Made by a program: the position numbers and the translations under genes
Shown: positions 23,983 through 29,914 of the stretch, one piece after another
Numbering within the stretch: position 1 is the first letter of the stretch
Layout: each line of letters opens with the position of its first letter
Notes under the pieces: generated by a model
The model's database searches: none
The model's input: the letters and a program-made list of their open reading frames with translations, nothing else
Told to the model about the DNA's origin: nothing
From: a virus
Lineage: Duplodnaviria; Caudoviricetes
Strand: one strand, 5' to 3'
Length of the DNA: 29,914 nucleotides
Virus record (IMG/VR): IMGVR_UViG_3300025723_000129
Coordinates: 1 to 29,914 of that record

Positions 23983-25806
23983 TTATCTATAATTTACCAA
24001 ACTAACTAGTCTTTCAATTTCGTTAAACGCAGTTGTTTCACGTAAATTTCCAAGATCTAAGTTTGGTGTAAGATTATTAGTCTTGCCACTAACGTCTGCT
24101 GGGCTACCTTTCATAACTGGTTTTCCACTTGCGTCAACACCTGACATAACTCCGCCGGCAGGTACTCCTGTTGGAGCCGCTTGTGCTGCAACTGGTGCCG
24201 CTGTTGGAGCCGCCGCTGTTGCTGTAGCAGGTTTATTATTCCATGTGCCGCCGCCTTCGTCGGGACCAGAATATCCATTAGCTTGTCTCATTTTTGAACT
24301 TCTGCCAGAACTAAAAATGCCTGGATCGTCTTTCTTCCATCTGCCGCCACCGTGAGCAACTTGTTGATATGAGAAGCGTTCGCCGCCTACCCAGTATGGT
24401 TTTGTTTTATCAGCATCTGCTGGAACACCACTAGTAGCACCGCCTGTTGTATCTTGTTGTGCTGATACATTTGGAGCACCTGCTGTTGGTTTAGCTGGAG
24501 CACCTGCTGTAGGAGCACCAGTAGTAGCCGGAGCACCTGCTGTAGGAGCACCAGCTGTTGGTTTAGTTGGGTTACCGGTTGTAGTATCGAAGCCATATTT
24601 TGCCATGGCGTCATTGTAACCTTTGTCGCCTAAACTCATTGTGCCCGGGCCTTGACCTGGTTTAACATTGTATGCAGTACCTACACTTAACATTGCCATA
24701 CCTTCTGGCGACTGTCTAACTTCGGCAGGTAATTTTTCCCAAGCGCCTCTAGTTTCGTTGCCGTACATTCCGTCAACTGCTACCTTAGCACCGTGCGCAT
24801 TTAGCCAATTTTGGAATGCAGTTGTACCTGGATTTTTACGTCCGGCAGTTCCTTGTTTTTTCTGTCCTGCGACAGTAGCTGGCTTAATTTCACCACTTCT
24901 TTCACCTGGAGGTGCTTCTCTATCGCCTTGTGCCGCTAGTTCCTGTTCTGCTGGATCAAGAGCACCTGCTGCCGCAGATACGCTTGGTACTTTTTGATAG
25001 AAAGCAAGCATTGGTGCTAACGCAGGATCATCTTTACCTGCTATGCTTAATTCACCATATAATCTGTCTAATTCTTTATTTTCATCAGGAGTCAAATATT
25101 CGTTTAATTGTTGACCTTCTAATAAGCGTATTTTTTTAATTAAAGATCCAACACTTTCATGTAAACCAATTCCACCGCTGGCTGGCTTTAAACCAAGTCC
25201 GCCACTGCTTGGAGCAATCGAATACATAGAGTTATCTTTTTGTCCAGCTACGTTTGGAGCAGCCGCATCTTTATAACCTGCCTTAACAAGTAGTTCTTTA
25301 AATCTAGCAACTTTAGCAGGATCAATTGCTGGCGCCGCAGGTGCTTCTAATTTCTTTAAATCAACTTTAGTTCCTTTATCAACGTTCCAGAATAAAAATT
25401 TTCCTTGTTGTGGATTACCCGCTTTAATAGTTTCAATTGCGCTAGACAGTTCAGGCGCATATTGGCTAATCCAGTCGCTTGGCATAACTTTAGCTTGTGG
25501 GCCACCAAATTCGTTACTTTTGTCCATGTATTTGATCATGCCATCTTTAGGATCAACATAAGCAGGAAGTTGTGTATTACCTACATATTTTTTAATAGTT
25601 TCTATAGCTCCTGCATCAGCCCCACCCGCCGGTGCGGCTTGTGCGGCAACATTTGGAGCGGCCGCAGGAGCCGCATTAGGCATTGTATAGCCACCGCCTG
25701 GATTGTAAACTTTTAGTGTCGGATCGCCAGCAGGATCAGCTTCTGCTATGTATTCTTTTAATCTTTTAGAAAGATTGATTAGTGTTGTTTCGTTAATTTT
25801 TTTCAT
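23983..25806 (-). CDS. Low-complexity Ala/Pro/Gly-rich virion protein with peptidoglycan-binding domain
   Basis: TTAFQNWLNAHGAKVAVDGMYGNETRGAW fits the PG_binding_1 pattern; PTAGA repeats; several [ILV]xE sites. Confidence 0.7.
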   Translation of the reverse strand: MKKINETTLINLSKRLKEYIAEADPAGDPTLKVYNPGGGYTMPNAAPAAAPNVAAQAAPAGGADAGAIETIKKYVGNTQLPAYVDPKDGMIKYMDKSNEFGGPQAKVMPSDWISQYAPELSSAIETIKAGNPQQGKFLFWNVDKGTKVDLKKLEAPAAPAIDPAKVARFKELLVKAGYKDAAAPNVAGQKDNSMYSIAPSSGGLGLKPASGGIGLHESVGSLIKKIRLLEGQQLNEYLTPDENKELDRLYGELSIAGKDDPALAPMLAFYQKVPSVSAAAGALDPAEQELAAQGDREAPPGERSGEIKPATVAGQKKQGTAGRKNPGTTAFQNWLNAHGAKVAVDGMYGNETRGAWEKLPAEVRQSPEGMAMLSVGTAYNVKPGQGPGTMSLGDKGYNDAMAKYGFDTTTGNPTKPTAGAPTAGAPATTGAPTAGAPAKPTAGAPNVSAQQDTTGGATSGVPADADKTKPYWVGGERFSYQQVAHGGGRWKKDDPGIFSSGRSSKMRQANGYSGPDEGGGTWNNKPATATAAAPTAAPVAAQAAPTGVPAGGVMSGVDASGKPVMKGSPADVSGKTNNLTPNLDLGNLRETTAFNEIERLVSLVNYR

Positions 25807-25822
25807 AATTAATTTCCAGAAA

Positions 25823-28018
25823 TTATCGTGCCATCATACCGGCGAGGTGTTTAATATGGCTCAGTTCATCGTTAGGTTGTTCCGTAGCGTGTGTGCTAGG
25901 ATCCATCTTATCGATTAACTGTAATACTTGTTTTAAATCATCTTCGCTAGCATTAGGAAATTCACCTTCCTTCCAGCCTTTGACAATTTTAGTTTTAGCA
26001 CGAGTACCACCAATAGTAAAGTTCTTAGCTTCTTTGTTCCAGAAGCCTGCTATAGTTTTTAACATTTGTTGTGCGCCGCCTTCACCGCTTTCGTCGGCAA
26101 AACCGCACTCCATTGGAGCTATTCCACATTCACGCATAGCATCGTGTAATGTCATAGTTTTATGTCCAAAGTCCATTTGTGTTTCTAAAGTAGCACCACA
26201 TTCTTTAGCTTGTATAAATTTAGCTTTTAGTTTAGCTAGTTTATGATCTTCCGTACCTTCTGCTACTGGAGCCGGAGATATTGGAGGTAATTCTTCACCT
26301 GCTGGTGGTTGTGGAGGTAATCCTGCTTCGCCGCCTGGCGCTGGAGGAGCGGCACCTTCTGGTGGTGCTGGAGGTGCTTCAGCTGGTGCTGGAGGTGCTT
26401 CAGCTGGTGCTGGAGGTGCTTCAGCTGGTGCTGGAGGTTCAGTGTCTGCTCCGCCCGTTTGTCCATCACCAAAATGTATTTGTGACATTAATTCAGGTGC
26501 GTTATGTTGAATAAATTGTTGAATTAAAGGACGACTATCTAAATCTGGATCTAATTCTTTAAGGGTATTTAAAAATTCAGGATCATCAATAATACCTTTT
26601 AAACTTTCAATACTGTTAACACCTTCTGGACCACCTGGCAATTCTGTTGATAAAATCTTATTTAATTTTTCAACAGCTTGTTGTTGTGTAGCCTTGTTAG
26701 GACTAAACAAAGCATTTTCACCTTGTTCTTCGTCTTCGCTAACAATACTATCTATAAAACTTTCAAAAGCCGCTAAAGGATCATATGACTCATCTTTCTG
26801 AGCGTGATACTTTGTATGAGCTTTTTTCATTCCTGCTGTACGTTTGTCAATAATTTTTTGTTGTTCATCGCTGTTGGCTTGAGCATTATCATAATCGTTT
26901 TGATCGCCTTGATGTGCCATTTGCCAACCACGTGTTTGTCGAGTTTTCGCTTTTGATCGACTATCCATTGCTTTACCGAAATAACTTTTTAAAGTATCTT
27001 TACTTAATTCTGAAATCATTTCGTCTGGGGCTAACTCTTTAACTGGAATATCATTTTCGCTTACTAGTTTAAAGATATAAGGAAATGCTGTTTTTAATTC
27101 TTCGTTGAATGTACGGATTGTTAAACGGTCAATCCAATCACTCATGATATCTTCCGGAATCATTTTTTCTTCTTGGCTAGCAAATGATTCGGCAAATGCT
27201 TGATAATATGCTGGACGTTGTAGTCCGGTTATTTCTTTCTTAATAGATTCGATGCGTTCCATCACTTTGCCAGTAATGTCGCCCATTGCTTCTGATAATG
27301 TTTCGTTACGGCTAACATAGCCTTTGAACTTGCGTAACTGTGCTAGTTCTTCTGAAAGACTTGTAATGTGGCGACCGATGTCATCATAAGGAATACCGCC
27401 ATGTTTTAAATGTTCTGCTAGAGCACGAGCACCGTTAAGATGTTTGTAAGGATACTTGAAGCGTTCGCCTTGTGCGTTTTCTACCCAAATGCCTTCAATG
27501 TGCATTGTGCGTCCTGCTGGCAAGTCTAAGTTGATAGGCTGGCTATGTTTAATAATAATCTTTGCTTCGCCTAAATCTTGATAGCTCATTCTAGATGTGC
27601 CATACAATTTATTTTCCATTATAGGTTCCATGGGTTCGTGTTCCTTGGGTTTTGCTTGAAAATGATAATCACGTTTATCTAAGTTGTCTTTACCGATATT
27701 TTGTACATCGAATTTTAATAAACGATCTTTAGCAAATTGTCTAAACCCACGTATAAATCTAAATGCGCCATCGTGTTTACTATCAGCTAGTTCACCGCTT
27801 AACTGTATCACAATGCCATCGTCTTCGTCTAGTGTAATTGCTACAGTTCCTAAACTTCTTCCATTTTCTTCGTACTTAAACTCAAAAAATCTAGCATTAG
27901 GAATATCTGTTTTTTTACTTAGTACTTCAGCATTTTCGTCACCGATTTTAATGTCGTGGAATCGTGTCTGAATTTTTCCGTATAAATCCAAAGCAATTTT
28001 ATCTAAATTCGTGTTCAT
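25823..28018 (-). CDS. Large acidic virion/head-associated protein (start re-assigned from 28081)
   Basis: In-frame ATG at 28018 (MNTNLDKIA) 4 nt after TAAATA; GERFKYP..HLNGARALAEH block; Pro/Ala linker; directly downstream of terminase. Confidence 0.75.
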   Translation of the reverse strand: MNTNLDKIALDLYGKIQTRFHDIKIGDENAEVLSKKTDIPNARFFEFKYEENGRSLGTVAITLDEDDGIVIQLSGELADSKHDGAFRFIRGFRQFAKDRLLKFDVQNIGKDNLDKRDYHFQAKPKEHEPMEPIMENKLYGTSRMSYQDLGEAKIIIKHSQPINLDLPAGRTMHIEGIWVENAQGERFKYPYKHLNGARALAEHLKHGGIPYDDIGRHITSLSEELAQLRKFKGYVSRNETLSEAMGDITGKVMERIESIKKEITGLQRPAYYQAFAESFASQEEKMIPEDIMSDWIDRLTIRTFNEELKTAFPYIFKLVSENDIPVKELAPDEMISELSKDTLKSYFGKAMDSRSKAKTRQTRGWQMAHQGDQNDYDNAQANSDEQQKIIDKRTAGMKKAHTKYHAQKDESYDPLAAFESFIDSIVSEDEEQGENALFSPNKATQQQAVEKLNKILSTELPGGPEGVNSIESLKGIIDDPEFLNTLKELDPDLDSRPLIQQFIQHNAPELMSQIHFGDGQTGGADTEPPAPAEAPPAPAEAPPAPAEAPPAPPEGAAPPAPGGEAGLPPQPPAGEELPPISPAPVAEGTEDHKLAKLKAKFIQAKECGATLETQMDFGHKTMTLHDAMRECGIAPMECGFADESGEGGAQQMLKTIAGFWNKEAKNFTIGGTRAKTKIVKGWKEGEFPNASEDDLKQVLQLIDKMDPSTHATEQPNDELSHIKHLAGMMAR
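26363..26438. repeat. 21-bp perfect tandem repeat (3.6 copies) encoding PAEAPPA
   Basis: TGGTGCTGGAGGTGCTTCAGC at 26363, 26384, 26405 and partial at 26426. Confidence 0.95.
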
Positions 28019-28025
28019 GTTATAT

Positions 28026-29630
28026 TTATCCAAAGCCTGATGATATGAATATAGGTAAGGGCGGTTCCCATTCTTCATCAACAGCCCAATCGCTGGAAAC
28101 TCTTATGTGTTCAAACACCGCTGGATCCCATTCTGCCAGCACCTGACTCATGCGCACTACTAACAATAGGGCTGCAACTAGATCATCGTGTTGTCCTTCT
28201 TTGGCTGAAAATGTAGTACCTTTGGCAATGAATGTTTTGAGTTCGCTGATTAATGGGCGACTGTTTAATATACATTTTTCTTCTTCGACTAAGAATTTTA
28301 CCTTGGCACAAGTGCTGATTTTGCTACCATGCGTGGTGTTAAACCCTTTACGGAATTTCTTAACATGCCCTTTTCTATGAGGTTCGGTCATGAAAATTCC
28401 AGGGAATGTTTCTTCGCCTAGATTGTTAATAACCACTAGAGCACTTTCACCTACTGTGTTGTTTTCCACACTCCAGTAGATTTGATTGTAACTTTCTCCG
28501 CCTATTTCATCACTAATATATTTTAATATATCACGTAATATTTTAACTTGTTCTTGTATGGGTGTGATGTTGTGTTGCCACTCGGCTATCTGTATCATTT
28601 CAGGCATTTGGAATACTTCAATAGCACCGTAGTCTCCGCCAGTGCCTAAACTAGGATCATGGGCAACAAGATATACTCTACCAGGTTCAGGTTTCTTCCA
28701 CCATCGAACTTGCCCCATCTTCCAAGCAGGTTCTCTACCTACCATGTCAATCAATTTTAAACTGTTGATCAATGTTTCGTCAAATACCAAGAACTCGCAA
28801 CCATATTCTCGACGGAAACGTTCTTCACCGATACGACCCATTTCAACACGTTTCCATTCTTCATCGCGATCCGGATGTTCATGCCATTCAGCACGGAATC
28901 CATGAAATCCGTTTAGCCCGGTGCCGTCAGCTTTTTCATTTCCATATTCATCAAATTTGTTCTGGCTTTCTTTCCAGATTATTGCGAATTCATCTTCGTC
29001 GCTGTTTGGAGTTGATGTAATGATTGCTCGTCCACCTGTTGCCAGGGTTGGTGAAATTGAGGTCCAAAATTCAGTTGCAATATTGGGTTGAACAAACGCA
29101 AACTCATCGCAATAAAGTAAGGATATGGACATACCACGACCGGTATTGCCAGTAGTAGTAGCTGAAACAATTCTTGATCCGTTTTCAAATTCAATACTCC
29201 CTTTATTATAATTTACCACACCTGCGCGAACATAGTCTTCACACAGTTCGTATCCGTAACGAATACGTTGCATAATTTCCTGACTGCCTGTATACTTGTG
29301 GGCGGCCACTAGAATAGTTTGATCTGGGTGAAACATGGCATACCATAATAGATAACTTGACGCACAAGTGGTCTTACCACTTTGACGCGGTAGCATGTTG
29401 ATGTTAAACCTATAATCGTGATAAGCGGCAAGCAATCTCTCTTGGTATTCAAAAGGTTCAAATTTTACCTTGCCCTTTACCGGATGCTGAATATGAAAAA
29501 AGTTTTTGGCAAAATGTAAATAGCCAGTCTGAGGGTCGGCACACTTCATCAAGTGTTCAACTTGCTCTTCTGTAAACTTTTCTTTAGTGTGCGCTTTTTT
29601 GGTTAAGACGCCGTCTAGTGATTTTGCCAT
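28026..29630 (-). CDS. terL: Terminase large subunit (T4 gp17-like)
   Basis: F.PFEYQ, PRQSGKTT, LYCDEFAF, ITSTPN, FRREYGCEF, nuclease DPSLG and HDDLV. Confidence 0.96.
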   Translation of the reverse strand: MAKSLDGVLTKKAHTKEKFTEEQVEHLMKCADPQTGYLHFAKNFFHIQHPVKGKVKFEPFEYQERLLAAYHDYRFNINMLPRQSGKTTCASSYLLWYAMFHPDQTILVAAHKYTGSQEIMQRIRYGYELCEDYVRAGVVNYNKGSIEFENGSRIVSATTTGNTGRGMSISLLYCDEFAFVQPNIATEFWTSISPTLATGGRAIITSTPNSDEDEFAIIWKESQNKFDEYGNEKADGTGLNGFHGFRAEWHEHPDRDEEWKRVEMGRIGEERFRREYGCEFLVFDETLINSLKLIDMVGREPAWKMGQVRWWKKPEPGRVYLVAHDPSLGTGGDYGAIEVFQMPEMIQIAEWQHNITPIQEQVKILRDILKYISDEIGGESYNQIYWSVENNTVGESALVVINNLGEETFPGIFMTEPHRKGHVKKFRKGFNTTHGSKISTCAKVKFLVEEEKCILNSRPLISELKTFIAKGTTFSAKEGQHDDLVAALLLVVRMSQVLAEWDPAVFEHIRVSSDWAVDEEWEPPLPIFISSGFG

Positions 29631-29644
29631 ATGTTTATTTAATC

Positions 29645-29672
29645 AAAAAAATAGACCCCGGAGGGTCTATTT
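29645..29672 (-). terminator. Intrinsic terminator upstream of terminase
   Basis: Stem AAATAGACCC/GGGTCTATTT (29649-29658/29663-29672) with T run on the - strand, immediately followed by late motif TAAATA (29636-29641). Confidence 0.85.
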
Positions 29673-29706
29673 GGCACCTTGGACAGGGTGCTAACTGCGA
29701 CGAAAC

Positions 29707-29913
29707 TTAACCTTTTAACATTTTTGTTAATGCAATAATATCGTTTAATTCTTTGCTTTCATTCATCTGTTCTGGTAAGGTTGGAGTATGGTGGTGTCCT
29801 AAACTTCCTTGAATATCATTTTTCATACGCTTTCTTCTATCAGCCGTAAGTTTTCCTTTTGAGTCGCCTTTACTAGAGATACTACCATAACCCCAGTTCT
29901 CAGGATCATTGTG
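29707..29913 (-). CDS. 3' end of a gene truncated by the window edge (probable head-associated protein)
   Basis: Open frame ..HNDPENWGYG..LPEQMNESKELNDIIALTKMLKG*, stop at 29707-29709, followed by terminator. Confidence 0.7.
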   Translation of the reverse strand, partial: HNDPENWGYGSISSKGDSKGKLTADRRKRMKNDIQGSLGHHHTPTLPEQMNESKELNDIIALTKMLKG

Positions 29914-29914
29914 A

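Noticed and set aside
24470-24570. GGAGCACCTGCTGT-type repeats as a regulatory or mobile element
   Set aside because: They simply encode the PTAGA low-complexity linker of the 607-aa protein
468-29194. Many antisense or out-of-frame ORFs in the track (e.g. 2126-2587, 18355-18780, 22883-23203, 24668-24997, 25893-26246, 26263-26472)
   Set aside because: Shadows of confidently identified genes or of tandem repeats; no RBS, promoter or motif support
9152-29630. Introns, inteins or homing endonucleases in terminase, helicases, RecA or primase
   Set aside because: ORFs are uninterrupted and of normal length; no LAGLIDADG, HNH, GIY-YIG or C..HN splice motifs seen
1-29914. Alternative genetic code (stop-codon reassignment)
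   Set aside because: Core genes are full length under code 11, and TAA, TAG and TGA all serve as stops

Overview
A 30-kb segment of a large lytic dsDNA phage of the T4-related / jumbo type; no host genes, rRNA, tRNA or CRISPR array are seen. (1) 1-3313: a + strand early region. Six genes each sit behind their own cassette (TTGAC-N17-TATAAT promoter, conserved ACATCAACA leader, unusual RBS GGAGCG(AA)). The region ends in a four-hairpin non-coding element whose loops carry two identical 16-nt copies containing the exact reverse complement of that RBS. This candidate multi-target anti-Shine-Dalgarno RNA is the most striking feature. (2) 3314-9120: a motif-rich intergenic stretch (candidate origin/packaging site), small ORFs, five 2OG-Fe(II) oxygenases and a few late genes. 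(3) 9152-29914: a mostly - strand core block with DnaB helicase, carbamoyltransferase, primase, a miniature DnaE-like polymerase, two more oxygenases, a probable clamp-loader subunit, a Hint-like protein, UvsW, UvsY, UvsX/RecA, gp32-like SSB, two low-complexity virion proteins and the large terminase. Many core and late genes appear leaderless (promoter hexamer 4-7 nt before the ATG, no SD). All protein calls come from motif recognition by eye; no database search was run.
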